DNA of 63,496 nucleotides, filler included, from Octopus bimaculoides (Eukaryota): the NCBI RefSeq assembly GCF_001194135.2. It is 4 parts of 4 records of this genome, joined end to end, with 100 filler letters (N's around TTAATTAATTAA, not from the genome) between each part and the next. Parts side by side here need not be neighbours in the genome. Positions count along the whole stretch, not along the records: positions 1 to 19,899 come from NC_068983.1; 3 more parts are not named here. One strand, written 5' to 3'. The translations under genes and the position numbers were made by a program. Numbering within the stretch: the stretch's first letter is position 1; every line of letters starts with the position of its first letter. Positions 1-13,439 of this stretch are shown piece after piece. The notes under the pieces were generated by a model. That model was given only the letters and a program-made list of their open reading frames with translations, did no database searches and was not told where the DNA came from.

Positions 1-446
1 TATATATATGTGGGGGGGGTGCTTGTGTATGTGTGTGTGTATAAATATAATGACGTATAAGCGTCCATGTTTTGCCGAATGACCTGCTCAAAGGATTTGT
101 TTAAAGTGGTCAAATGTTCATGCCACACATTAGCTCATTCTCTCCATGAAATTTACGTTGACTTAAGAGGTGCACGGTGTACCGCACGTCAGGTGTCAAA
201 ATGGTCGTAGAGTAATGTCAGAACACAATGCATCACCCGGTGCAGAAATAGAAATCCCGATCGCTATATTGCGAGTGCAACACCCTAACAACTATACAAT
301 GCGCTCGCATATATATATATATATACGCTCATATACATACGTAAATGCATTCGCATACACACACATTCACATATATAAGACCTTCAAAGGCATTTTATCT
401 CTAGCTATTTCCACTTTTGTTTTAGTATAGTACTTGCAGGATGACT

Positions 447-830
447 GTGGAGGTGCAATGGCCCAGTGGTTATGGCAGCGGACTCACGGTCATAAGATCG
501 CGGTTTCGATTCCCAGACCGGGCGTTGAGAGTGCTTATTGAGCGAAAACACCTAAAGCTCCACGGGGCTGCGGCAGGGGATGGTGGCGAACGCTGCTGTA
601 TTCTTTCACCACAACATTCTCTCACTCAATCTTCCTGTTTCGGTTGTGCCTGTAATTCAAAGGGTCAGCCTTGTCACACTATGTCACGCTGAATATCCCC
701 GAGAACTACGTGAAGGGTACACGTGTCTGTGGAGTGTTCAGCAGCTAGCACGTTAATTTCACGAGCAGGCTGTTCCGTTGATGGGATCAACTGGAACCCT
801 CGTCGTCGGAAGCGATGCAGTGCCAACAAT
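447..830 (+). mobile_element. tRNA-derived SINE, family A (cephalopod OR/Ceph-type), near full length
   Basis: tRNA-like head with A box (TGGCCCAGTGG) and B box (GGTTTCGATTCC); body matches copies at 23165-23549, 25183-25533 and 59694-60076; ends ...GTGCCAACAA. Confidence 0.85.
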
Positions 831-1284
831 AGGACGACTAAATATACCTGGATATACAACTTAAATTTCATGCCTACTTTTAAAATGTCAAATCTGATTT
901 CAGAGATATTAAACTGCTATTTCTAACCAGTAGAGCTATAATATACAGGCACTCTCTTTGGTTCGTTAACTTTGTTTTCCTGAGCATTAATGGAACAGCA
1001 TTATATCAAACTATTTCATATGATCAACTGTGTACTACGTAACATTGCTCACAGACTTAAAAATAAAACCAAATAGCAAAGACATTAAACCTGGGATCGC
1101 GAAGAAAAACTCGAATGTTTGCTGCTACTGAATGCAGTGAAATAATTCTTCAAATTAATTGCAGAGATTTAGTAGTTTTATGATTGTGGAATTTCGCTCG
1201 TAAAACTATGGAGCTTGTCTTTTATGACTGCAAATAAAAAGTGAATAGCAATGGTTTGTTAGATTCTAATGAAATTTAAATATA

Positions 1285-1364
1285 ATGAAATTTATTATCA
1301 ACATCATCACACACCTCCTTGTTGTCGTCGCCGTCGTCGTCGTTGTTAGCGTCATCTTCGTCAT

Positions 1365-1395
<31 letters not shown>

Positions 1396-1480
1396 CTTAC
1401 CATCATCATAATCATCATCATCCTCATCATCATAATCACCAGCACGACCAACCTCACAGGAACCACCAACCTCACAGGAA

Positions 1481-1512
<32 letters not shown>

Positions 1513-1739
1513 ACCGCCGCCATCATGTCTCTCACCGCCGTCGTCGTCAGCCATATTTGTACATTAACTTTGCTGAGTCGTTATCAGCTTATCGTTTTCG
1601 TCATTATCTTTCTAATCTTCCCTAATCACCATATGTATCAGCAGCAGCACCAGCATACGAATGTAATAACTCCTCATCTTTCTCATATAGTAATAAAAAT
1701 ACAAGAATAAAGAAAATAATAATAATAATAATAATAATA

Positions 1740-1802
<63 letters not shown>

Positions 1803-1920
1803 TTAGCAACAGCAGAATACCAGGAACAGAAACAAAATCAGCATGTCACAACAACAGCCCACTATTACCACCACAAAACCTCCACCACCACCAACAAAAC
1901 ATAAGCAACAACAGCAGCAG

Positions 1921-1986
<66 letters not shown>

Positions 1987-2015
1987 GGATAATAAAAAAA
2001 TAATAATAATAATAA
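1285..2015. repeat. Compound trinucleotide microsatellites (GTC/CAT/GCC/ACC/AAT)
   Basis: Directly visible; accounts for the homopolymeric ORFs at 1266-1809. Confidence 0.95.
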
Positions 2016-2019
2016 ATAT

Positions 2020-2545
2020 TTAGATGCAATGCCAGGCAGTGCATCTCAAGGCTTCTGATCTTTCGTGATCGAAAGTGTTACTACGTGCACGTTGTTATCT
2101 TGGTGCAAAAGATGGTCGACAACAAATATTCTGCCCAATATCAAAGATTTGCTTGTCATTTGTTTGACCTTCAGCTGTTGGGCATGTCCCTTAGTGTATG
2201 AGGATAAATGCAGCTTTGATCATGAGCAGAAGTAATGAGAGAGCGTCATAGCAATGTGTTGAGAGGAATTTGGGGGGTTACGAATAATTCACCCTTAAAA
2301 ACAGTTGTTTAATTCACCATCCTGAAAGAACCCTTATTCAGGGATCTTTTGAGCAGGATGGGCTACTGAACGTGAAGAAAGTTCTAACTGGGTACCTTCT
2401 GTAATGTCATGTGATGTTTACCTTGATATAAGATCTCCATGTTTCGCACATATGGTTGTGATACATGTGCCTGTGTACCCTAATCAGATGGGTAGTCATG
2501 AAGGTAATATTGAGCTTCGTATATTTGTCGATGACATGAGCTGCT
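2020..2545. mobile_element. Unclassified interspersed repeat flanked by (AAT)n
   Basis: Shares blocks with 56960-57455 in the same order: AATATTCTGC.CAATATC, TAGCAATGTGTTGAGA, TATTGAGCTTCGTATATTT. Confidence 0.6.
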
Positions 2546-2561
2546 CCCATACTCAATAGTA

Positions 2562-2657
<96 letters not shown>

Positions 2658-2658
<1 letters not shown>

Positions 2659-3641
2659 GGCTATATATACAACACACAGAAGGTGGCAGGGGTCTTATAC
2701 AGCTAGAAAACTATTATAAAATAGCCACCATAGGACTGCAAAAATGCCTACTCCTAAAGCAAGGGAAACTAATACAAATAGTCATAAAACACGAGCAAAA
2801 CAAAAAGCTGTTTTCAGTATGTAAGGAAGCTGACAAATACAAACAAGAAATCAATCTACCTAACAAATACGAAGAAGAAGATGAAGAAGAAGAAGAAACA
2901 ACAAAAGCTATAAAACAAATGAAATCTAAACTAAAACTAGAACAGCAACGAACCATGATAAAACGATGGCAAGAAAAGCCCCTACNNNNNNNNNNNNNNN
3001 NNNNNNNNNNNNNNNNNNNNNNNNNNNNNNNNNNNNNNNNNNNNNNNNNNNNNNNNNNNNNNNNNNNNNNNNNNNNNNNNNNNNNNNNNNNNNNNNNNNN
3101 NNNNNNNNNNNNNNNNNNNNNNNNNNNNNNNNNNNNNNNNNNNNNNNNNNNNNNNNNNNNNNNNNNNNNNNNNNNNNNNNNNNNNNNNNNNNNNNNNNNN
3201 NNNNNNNNNNNNNNNNNNNNNNNNNNNNNNNNNNNNNNNNNNNNNNNNNNNNNNNNNNNNNNNNNNNNNNNNNNNNNNNNNNNNNNNNNNNNNNNNNNNN
3301 NNNNNNNNNNNNNNNNNNNNNNNNNNNNNNNNNNNNNNNNNNNNNNNNNNNNNNNNNNNNNNNNNNNNNNNNNNNNNNNNNNNNNNNNNNNNNNNNNNNN
3401 NNNNNNNNNNNNNNNNNNNNNNNNNNNNNNNNNNNNNNNNNNNNNNNNNNNNNNNNNNNNNNNNNNNNNNNNNNNNNNNNNNNNNNNNNNNNNNNNNNNN
3501 NNNNNGCACACATTCTATGCAAAACACTTTCAATACAGTAAACATAAGAGCACCACAGCAAACCACAGCACATACCCAAGGCGCACAGAGCTGCGCTCGG
3601 TAGTGAAGTGAAAGCACGTTATAAAAATAAAACTACTGAAC
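2658..3641 (+). mobile_element. 5'-truncated R4/Dong-clade non-LTR retrotransposon inside an (AAT)n tract
   Basis: Open frame 2658-2985 RLYIQHTEGGRGLIQLE...RWQEKPL; after the 2986-3505 gap the ORF ends AHILCKTLSIQ* (3541), then a short 3' UTR; (AAT)n on both sides. Confidence 0.85.
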
Positions 3642-3698
<57 letters not shown>

Positions 3699-3722
3699 TA
3701 TTATTATAATAATAAAAATAGC

Positions 3723-3795
<73 letters not shown>
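3642..3795. repeat. Opposed (AAT)n and (TTA)n tracts
   Basis: (AAT)n 3642-3697, short spacer, (TTA)n 3724-3795; lies between the 3' ends of two converging LINEs. Confidence 0.95.
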
Positions 3796-6650
3796 TGCAA
3801 CCAGAGCGAAGGATGAGGGGAACAATGCTAAGATTGACCTAAAGCATGTAGTTTTACATAAAATGGAATGATAAAAAAACAGTTTAAAGGATAAGTATAC
3901 AGAGTATATAGCACTAAGCAAGTGAAGAAAGAGACAAAGTGAAAGTGATGGGGTCTTCCCGATACAGGAATAATCTCGCGATAATCGAGGAATCCACCAT
4001 CCAACATCACCTTGAATACCAAATACAAGTGTCCTTTCCAACTCCTTTCCTCCTACTCACAGGTATACACATAGAGTGGTACCATCTTTTCTTGCCATTT
4101 TCGCACTGACCACCCTCACCTTCCTTTTCAAGTGAAACTTGGAAAAGACCATCAATGTTTTACCAAAGAGGAATGTTCTCTGTCCTTATTCCTTGCAGCT
4201 GTGTCCACCATATAATCTCTTTCGCTATCATCAACAGTCAAAGGCAAACTGCCTTGCCTGCTCGATTAATAGAGAGCGGCGTGGCTATCATCATTATGGA
4301 CTCGGATGACAGACGAATCCGTCCCACACACGACAGTAGCTTTTCGACATAAATCCACAAGTCAGCAACGCCCGGACACTGAACGAGTTCAGGCAGAACA
4401 ATTTCGTCGCTCTGAGCGCATCTCGGACAAACCCGTGTGACACGACATCAGCGTCTGGAGAGTTTATCTTGAACCGGTAGCACTGCCAAGCCAAAGACAT
4501 CTGGAAATTATTCATAATAGTCCCCAACCGAAATATCCTCCGGACGAGACTAATCAGTTCATCTTCGTCGACACCCAGAGTCTCCCTACGTGAGTCATCG
4601 CACTTCTCTGCCGCAGATCGTCTCTATATATCTGAAGTGGAACATCCGCCAATCCCATTTCCCGACTATTTGATAACAGTGAGCGCCTGACAACATTCTA
4701 GGCGTCAGACACCCAGTCGTGGTCTCTGCTTCAAGTGATGAGTTCTGGAAAGAAGTGCCTCACAAAAGGAGCCCCACACGTTCACCGTCTAGATATCGTT
4801 GCAGGTGGTGCAACCTGAGCACGTGTCTCTGCATCAAAGGCCACAGCATGCCCAAGACACAACTCTGAGGGAGCTGGTAGTAGACTGACCACCTGACATT
4901 TGGAACGCATCCCTTTCACAAGAAAATGAACAAAAGATTATCTAAAGTGATCAAGCAATAACTAGGCCAAGACATGATGGTTAGACGATAAATGATGACG
5001 GAGGTGATGTAGTCATTCGCCACCTCTGCCGGTCTTTCAAAGGACAGCTACATCTCTGTCCATTTGTGGATAATACTGACAACTCTCTTAATCACCTCAT
5101 TCCATTTCTTATTCACCTGGAGGTCGGGACCAAAACAAACCTCTGGCTGCTTATCTGGTCCATCAGTCCAGCATCTGACGATGTTACCGATACCATGGAC
5201 CTACATCTCCATGTACCCAGTAACAACCCCATCGGCATCTTGGCGTTGATTCTGGCCCCTGCAACCGATTCATATTCCTCTAGAATGGAGTCGACCGTCT
5301 CTATTTCGGAGGCGTCCGACACCATGACGGTGACGTCGTTCGTGTATACAAACACTGCTCTCCCGTGTCCCAGTTCGAAAGAGATGCCCCTCAATTGTAC
5401 CAACTTTTGCAACAGCGATTCGAGAGCCAGCACGTACGTTAAAATTGACAGCAGGCAGCCCTGACGGACCGAGCGTGCAGTGCTAGACAGTTCTGATAGA
5501 TGGCGTTTAATTTGACAACCGAGCAGCTGCCGCTGTGCATTGCAGTGATCCAGCCCCTGAAAACGCGTCCGAAATCGGCCGCTTTAAGGAGGTTTCCACG
5601 TAGCGATGGTTGACCCTATCGAATGCTTTCGATTGACTCAAATTTATCAGGGCCCCACCGAAGCCAGCTTTACTCCCAGTCCTCTCTGTAATGTGTCGTA
5701 TAAGGTGGAGGTTGTTGTGGATAAAACTGTTTGGGATTGAGCATGTTTATGCTTCTCCTACTACCAGCGCCAGCGGTTTTTGTAACGCCTTGACCAAAAT
5801 CTTAAACTTAGCAGAGTAATGGACCAAAAATTCACTAGTAATACTCAATGTCGAAGTCCTTCTTCAGCAATGTTACCACACCCCGACTAACAGCACTAGA
5901 AATTCTCCCGTTCGGTTGCCAGTTGCGATAGACGTCTGCCAAGAGGTCGCCAAATGAATCTGGCATGAATATAAAGAATTCGTAGGGCAGGCCATCCAAA
6001 CCTGGTGACTTGTGACTTGTGAAATCGCTTTATGCCTCTCGTATTTCCGTTGCCGTTATTGGTTTTTCGCAAAACCTCGTATCCGCTACCGAGAGCCATG
6101 GCAATTTTTCTAGGTACGAACTAATGATCACTATCATTGTTAACCCATCGCCTTCCCCAAAACGTTGCATGAAGTGCTGCTGAAAAACCGCATGCACCTC
6201 TCAGAACAATGTCTCACTTGTTCGTCCCTATACGTTAAATACCTCATCATAGTTTTCTTGCCACATCGCATCTCTACCGTTCAAGCCCATCGGACGGCTT
6301 TAAATCCCTCATGTTTTAGCGCACGGGCCTTACCTCTGAGAACGCATCCTCCATCTTTTGCTTCAAACAAATGGTCAAGAGCCATTATCGTCGCTAATAC
6401 ATCAGTCGCGATGTCTTTACCAGTCGCCTCTTTGGTCCGATGTCAAAGAGGTCTTTGTTTTTGTGAGGCCTGAGTCGGAGGACGGATGTAAATGAGATGC
6501 AGTAGTGTTGTCCATATCTTGCAGAGTTGGTAGTAACTTTGGAGAGCTTCGTGCTTCCTCCAGCGCGCGGAGAAAGGCCCTGGGGTTGTTCGTATTCCCA
6601 CACGCAAAGCACTTCGTATTTTCCCTTCTATATAAAAGGGCATCTGTTCG
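3796..6650 (-). mobile_element. Tx1/L1-type LINE: decayed ORF2 (linker, RT, zinc knuckle) plus 3' UTR
   Basis: Minus-strand motifs SPGLDGLPYEF (~5976-6010), HNNLHLIR, SKAFDRVNHRY (~5600-5630), QGCLLS (~5450), YTNDVTV...LEEYESVAGARIN (ORF 5113-5433), CPRCAQSDE...LVQCP (~4375-4430); many stops and frameshifts. Confidence 0.85.
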
Positions 6651-6849
6651 CATTAAAAAACAAAAATGAGAATGCGATTTATTTCCTTTGGAGAAACTAG
6701 TATCTGGAATTCCATAAGCATTTCAGTCCTATTGAGTTGTGGGGTGGACTTCACCTCCACAATCTCCACCATGCCCCTCCATAATAACTAAAAATCTCGC
6801 CGCATCTCGGTTAACCTGCACGTTCTGGACTTGAATTTGAATCAATATT

Positions 6850-7200
6850 TTTTCCATGTAATAGGTAATTATCACAAAATCCTGGGACGTGCAAGTTATA
6901 GTTGCCATTCTTCTGGCATCTTGCTAATTGCTGCTTACTTTTGTATAAGTGTAGCACTGACGGCCTCACCTCTTGGAGGCACTTCTTCGATCTCTGCCGG
7001 AGTAGTTAATTTAAATTTCCTCTCCTTCCGAGAAACACATTTGTAGACAATTGTTTGTCGTTCGGAGGTCTTTTTCCTCCTCATTGAGACACAAAACATC
7101 TGGTTGCGAAATGTCACCTATACATTGCAATGCTTTATTTTGCAAATCTTGAAGCGAGTGGACGCTCCATTGTCTAACTGCCCTCGAAAAAGATATACCG
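6850..7200 (-). pseudogene. Possible apurinic-endonuclease (EEP) N-terminal remnant of a separate LINE
   Basis: QWSVHSL...QPDVLCLNE resembles the EEP start WNV.SL...PDxxCLxE; a downstream RDR..G..V-like segment; heavily decayed. Confidence 0.3.
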
Positions 7201-7702
7201 CTATTGTGGTTCTTTATGTTATTTCTGTTGTTCTTATTGTTTACCACGAAGTTAACATTGATAACTGCATTGTTCTTATTGTTGTTGTTGTTTTCAATCT
7301 TGAAACAGCGAGATTTTCAAGATTTTCTTAAATATAGAACAAGATTTTCAATCTTGTTGTTCATGTTGCTGTTTTTCTCGATCTTCTTCCATCTTGTTAC
7401 TGATGTCTATGTTTATAACTGTTACTGTTATTGTTGTCTCTGCTGTTCGTGTAGTTGGTGCTACTCTTCAAATTTTCGCGACTACTGTTGTTGTCGTGGT
7501 CGACGTCATCGTCATCGCCATTTTTCTCTGTCTTTAGTGCTGCTAGCATCGTTGCACCTGTTACTGCCATCATAGCAACGAGAAGAAATTCTGTTTCTCT
7601 TTCGTGAGAAATGTATTCTACCTCCAGCCGCAGTTGCGTTCGGTGATAAAACTGTATCAACAGAATGCGGCACTTTGTACGTCTTCACAACATTGCGGCT
7701 AA

Positions 7703-7703
7703 A

Positions 7704-7790
<87 letters not shown>

Positions 7791-8013
7791 GTGATGGTTC
7801 GAAATTCTCTTGCAAGCGGAGCCATTTTGGGAGGAGTGGGGATGAGTCGAATACATCGACTCTAGTTTTCAACTGCTACTTAATCTATCGAACCCGAGAG
7901 GATGAAAGACAAAGTCGAACTCAGTGGAATTTGAACTCAAAACGCAACGGGATATGAAATACTGCTAAGCACACTTTGCCCGGCGTGCTAACGATTCTGT
8001 CAGCTCGCCACCT

Positions 8014-8057
<44 letters not shown>

Positions 8058-8135
8058 TCACCATCACCACCACCACTATCACCACTATCACCACCATCAC
8101 CACCGTCGCTGCCACCGCTGCCGCTGCCTCTGATG

Positions 8136-8231
<96 letters not shown>

Positions 8232-8252
8232 ATAATAATAATAATGAGAATG

Positions 8253-8310
<58 letters not shown>

Positions 8311-8330
8311 TGATGATGATGATGATGATA
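7703..8330. repeat. (ATG)n tract and compound (ACT)/(ACC)/(AAT)/(GAT) microsatellites
   Basis: Directly visible at 7703-7790 and 8014-8330. Confidence 0.95.
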
Positions 8331-8559
8331 ATCAATTTCTTTTATTAGTCAGAAGGGCCCAATCCATGGAGGACAATATTGAAGGACGAGTTATAGCACA
8401 AAAAACATAAAAATAAGGGGTTAACATCAATCAAGAGAAGATACTATCACATTAAAGGATATAACAGTGGATATATAATAGAAAGTAGAGTAACAAAAAT
8501 AATTAAATAGAATTCCCGATAACGGGGCAGTTCACTTAGGGTAATCCGGGATAAATCCC

Positions 8560-9300
8560 ACACAAAGTTCCCACATCACTCTACCATCTCCCAAGGCATG
8601 GGAAAGTGCCCTCTTCCAGTTTCTTTTCTCCTGCTTAGAAAAGCATATTCAGAGAAGATCCATTCAGTCTCACCAGTCTTGCTACTGTCGACTACCTTTT
8701 GATAAACACACTAGAAAGCAGCACTTCTCTCTCTACTCTCACCTTCCTCTTCAAATGATATTTGAAGAAACTAATGAGGGTCTGACCAGATAGGAATGTG
8801 CCTGTCTTCAAGCCTTTCATATGGGTTCACCGTACAGCCTCTTTTGCCACAGCTACTAAGCAAAGAAAGATCTGCCTTCCTTCTCTTCTAATGAAAGGTG
8901 GTGGGTCGATCTTCACTATACACCTGGCAGACAGCTGAATTCATCTTACATGCGACATCAGCTGCTCCACCAGTTGCACACCTCTCTAATGAATTATTAC
9001 ACGCAGGAAAATTTCGTCTCCCCGCAAGAATTCCGGGCAGATTCGACTGCTGGCACTTCCATGCTTGAAGAACTTGTCTCCAACGAGCACTGCTTCTCGA
9101 CAATGGATTACCACATTTGCTCAACGTGTAAGGAGTTTTATAAATGACACAGCCTCAGCGTATGTCCGTGTATCATGAACCATGGCATTTGAAGCTCTCA
9201 GCGCAGATATCGAGACCACCTATGGCCAGAGAAATGCATCAGTTGGAGACGTGTCTTGGTGGCAGACTTCCAAATCGTTCGGGCAATATCTAGGACAGAG
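8560..9300 (+). mobile_element. Highly decayed RTE-like LINE 3' region
   Basis: ORF 8950-9147 (LLHQLH...ENFVSPQEF...MDYH...KEFY) weakly follows the RTE C-terminal pattern; no intact motif. Confidence 0.3.
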
Positions 9301-10059
9301 GATTAAGACACAACAAAAACGATGCTAGCGACTGCAACAACATGAATAACAATTAATTGAAAAAGAATACAGCAAAGACGATAAATTACTGTAAAATGTA
9401 CGTCATCACTTCTTTGTACACCACAAACCAGATCTTGAAATATATTCAGTGTCGTTATCATTATCATGTCGACGTAATCGTCTTCATAATCATCATCATC
9501 GTCATCGTAGTCATCATCATCATCATCTTCATCGTCATCATCGTCGTCGTCGTGACCAGCATCATCATCTTCATTACCATCATCATTGTCGTCGTCGTCT
9601 TCCTCCTCTTCTTCATCATTATCTTCATTGTTGTTTTTCTCCTCCCTCTCCATCGCCCCTCCACTTTCTCGTTCTCCTCCCCCTTCCTTCCCATCATCAT
9701 TCGTCAGAGGCTGGTAAAGTGTATTCAACGTTTATTGACATTAACCAATATCATTTCCCTTTGGCATAGCAAGCTCAAGATATGTGCACATGAGTGTAGG
9801 TTAATGTGTATATGCGTGTGTTTGAATATTTTTATATGTATATGTGTTTTTATCTGCTGTATTGTATATATGTGGGCGTACACGTTTATGTTTGTATGTC
9901 AGTAAACATGTTTGTATGCATAAGAATGGGTCTGCATATACATTTATATTTGTTAATACATGTGCGTATGTGTGTACTGTTGAGTGTGTGGTATGTATAT
10001 GTGAGTCAAAATCTATATGAATGTATATAAGCTTGTATGCGAATGAATGTGACTGTGTG

Positions 10060-10335
<276 letters not shown>

Positions 10336-10989
10336 ATTTACATGTGTGTGTTAGCATGTGTGTTCTTGAATGTATGTATAAGTGTGTTTATGTTGGAAAT
10401 CAATATTGATGAATACCAAATGTTGATAAATTTTTACTGTAGCACCGACTGACTGCATATACCGCCATAAAGATAATGTTTTATTAGAAAAATAGTGTTG
10501 TACTTAACGAGTTGTACTTCATTATGTGATGAAGCAACAGAAACGACAGGGAAACGGGTATTACATTACTTCAATAATAGCGTACTACATTATCGTATCT
10601 GGTATCCATAGTGCAGTTAGTTAAATGTACGTGTCAGCAGAGACTCTAGCTTGTGGGTTGATTTGTGAAAAGTAGCTTTCAAATCTTTCCATCAAAATCG
10701 CACACTGCGATCTTCAAATATGCATATGAGATAGAGCAATTTTTGGTTTCTTTCACGCATACAAAAATAGAAATGGTCACATTTAGGTTGTTTTAAGTCA
10801 GGATGCTTTCAATCCAATGTTTGTTGGATCATTTCTTACCTGAAATTAAACAAGGATGATGGCAGTCTCACAATTCCGAGAAATACGATTCCGTAATTTC
10901 CTGCTGAAAAAACCGCACTGTTGATTTGTTTATAGTGATCAAATGCTTCTGTATATTTTCTCAATTCGTTCATCAACTCGACCTGTGCC

Positions 10990-11150
10990 TGTATAGATTC
11001 CCGGTGTGCCACACATTACACGTCTATGTAATTGCAAAGCAACGTGAGATGAAATGCTTTGATCAAAATCACATGAAACCACTCCGTCCGGGAATCGAAC
11101 TACCGTTCTCACGACTGTGAATGCAATACTCGAACCACTTGAATACATAC
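10990..11150 (-). mobile_element. Decayed tRNA-derived SINE head
   Basis: Reverse complement reads AAGTGGTTCGAGT...GTAGTTCGATTCCCGGA (B box), then GATTTTGATCAAAGCATTTCATCTCAC. Confidence 0.55.
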
Positions 11151-11222
11151 CGTTATTAATCAATAACAACAACAGCATATCATATAAAGCCGCATTAAAA
11201 TGGTTATTTTCACAACATTGAA

Positions 11223-11432
11223 AGGCGGTGACCTGGCAAAATTATTAACATGTCGGACAAAATGCTGAGTTGCTTTTCTTCGGATTTAATGGTTAGAATT
11301 ACCATTCTGTCGAAGTCGAATTTCCTCGTTACCTTGCCAGGGTCGATAAAATAAGCACCTGTAGAGCACTGCGGTGATCGACAGGACCCCCTCCTACAAA
11401 ATTTCAGACTTTGTGCTTATAGTAGAAAGAAA
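11223..11432 (+). mobile_element. SINE family B, decayed
   Basis: GGCGGTGACCTGGCAAAAT head, GGGTCGATAAAATAAGCACC core, TTGTGCTTATAGTAGAAAG tail; matches 56666-56905. Confidence 0.7.
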
Positions 11433-11624
11433 ATAAATGTTTACAAAACTGAATTAAAGAAATGATGGGTAAGTCAAAGCAGATGAAGGAAGTACATGGT
11501 CCGAGCGCGTAAAACACAGTGAGACTCCCTAAGGGTTCACAATGACCATGGTTAGTATTAAGGCAGCAATGGATTAGATTTGCCATTTTCCGAGAATTTG
11601 TCACACAGCTTTTAGTCTACTCCT

Positions 11625-11712
11625 AGCTATCGTAGGACTGAGTTAGGTGGGACTGAACCGAAGACTATAAAGCTAAGAAGCAAACTACTTATCCACATTG
11701 CTGCGTCTATTT
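11625..11712 (-). mobile_element. SINE family C head fragment, decayed
   Basis: Reverse complement GTGGATAAGTAGTTTGCTTC...GGTTCAGTCCCAC matches the head at 25772. Confidence 0.45.
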
Positions 11713-12104
11713 TTGTTGTTGCTTATTGCCAGTTAACCTTAATCAAGTACATATATGATTGAAAGCGTTCCAGTTGCGACCATCCCTTACTATCAAGTTC
11801 CATAACAACATAAAATAAGGAATTACAATTAACTTACCAACTTGTGAGCAATAAGACAACGAGAATATTAGCTAACGTTAAGATGTCTGCTGATGAGAAA
11901 GCACTGTCAATGAATAAGTATAATTTGAGAAAGAATCAGTTTACGAGAGAGATTATCTATTAAATAGAAAGTATCGGAGTAGGAGAGACTGCCATCAAAC
12001 AGCAGTACCTGCTAATGAGGAGTTACCAGCTAATGAGACAGAATAAACTAGAGACACAAAACCCGATGTATAAAGAGCAAGGTAGCTACTATAGAGAGTT
12101 GGAG

Positions 12105-12110
12105 AGAGAG

Positions 12111-12188
<78 letters not shown>

Positions 12189-12190
12189 AG
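12105..12190. repeat. (AG)n microsatellite
   Basis: Directly visible. Confidence 0.95.
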
Positions 12191-13439
12191 GGAAGTGTGA
12201 GATTTGGGAAACAAAGAAAAACCTACCTAATGAGATCTAGCAAAATGGGGGTATAATTAATGAGGGAGAGAGAGCTAGGTAACAGAAAGAACCCAAACTG
12301 GAATGAGAGACTAGCTAACAAAGAAAAATAGCTAATGAGAATGAGCTACTTAGCACAGAGAGAAAGAGAGCGAAAGAGAAACTGAACTAACAAAGACAGA
12401 TCTACATAATGAGAGCGAAAAAAATGGATAGATAGAGAGAGAGAAGAGGGGAGGGAGAGAAAGAAGAAGAGAGTGAGAGAGAAAATGAAAGCATACTTTT
12501 GCGTTCAGTATACTTACTCAGAGAAATATAACCTATTTTATCTGTGCACAACGATGTCGCTTTGTGAAATATATGTGACCGCAACACAAAAATAGCTGTT
12601 TTTCGAACTGAATATAGTTTAGGAGTTTGGAGAAATAGTTTAGTATTCAAGAAATTATCATTTGCAGTGAAAACATAGAAATACTTGAGAAACTAAAAAA
12701 AAAAAAAAGCAACAAAAGCAACGTAGCGATTTGAAGCAGATAACTGGAAGAATAACATTAGAGAAACCATATCAAAGAAATGACATTCTTTAAATTATTA
12801 TTATTGTTGTTGCTGTTGTTTTTGTTGTCGTCGTCGTCGTCATCATCGTCATCATCATCATTATTATGGTTGTTGTTCTTGTTTAGCTTTTTTTTTTCTT
12901 CAGTACGATATTTTCATCAGATTAATGTTACTGCTTAACACCTCTGTCTCTCTCTTTCTCTCTTTTTTTTGTCTCTCTGTCACTCTGTCTCTCTGTCTCT
13001 CTCTCTCTCTCTCTCACATACACACACAAACACGCGTGCGCGCGCCCGCATACACAAATACACAAAGAATCTCACACACACAGACGAATACATATACATA
13101 TATATGTAAATATAGATGCATGAGTGTGTACTAAATTTAATTTGCAAGTATAAATATACACACATGCACATATTCAAGCGTATACAAACATGTAATATAA
13201 GTACACACACATTTTTATTATGCGTATGAATAGACATACAGACTACATACATACATGCATACATACATGCAGACATACATATAAGGAGATATACATATTA
13301 CTATGCATATACTAATTTCCTTTTACACCCACACATAATTTAATGTGGGTAGAAAAATTGCAAGATAATGAATTCAAAAGTTTAATCTGCAGAAGCGTAT
13401 AAAATTGCCTACTCATAAATGCGAGAAAAGTTGACTTCA

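Noticed and set aside
2430-2490. Minus-strand CTGATTAG...GCACAT/ATGTGC GAAAC, hammerhead-like
   Set aside because: Core mismatch, 9 extra nt before stem II, and not retained in the homologous copy near 57300
10840-10903. Possible minus-strand exon (TTTTTCAG...CAG/GTAAGA, GNYGIVFLGIVRLPSSLFNF)
   Set aside because: Only one of three frames is open and there is no recognisable homology; unsupported without transcripts
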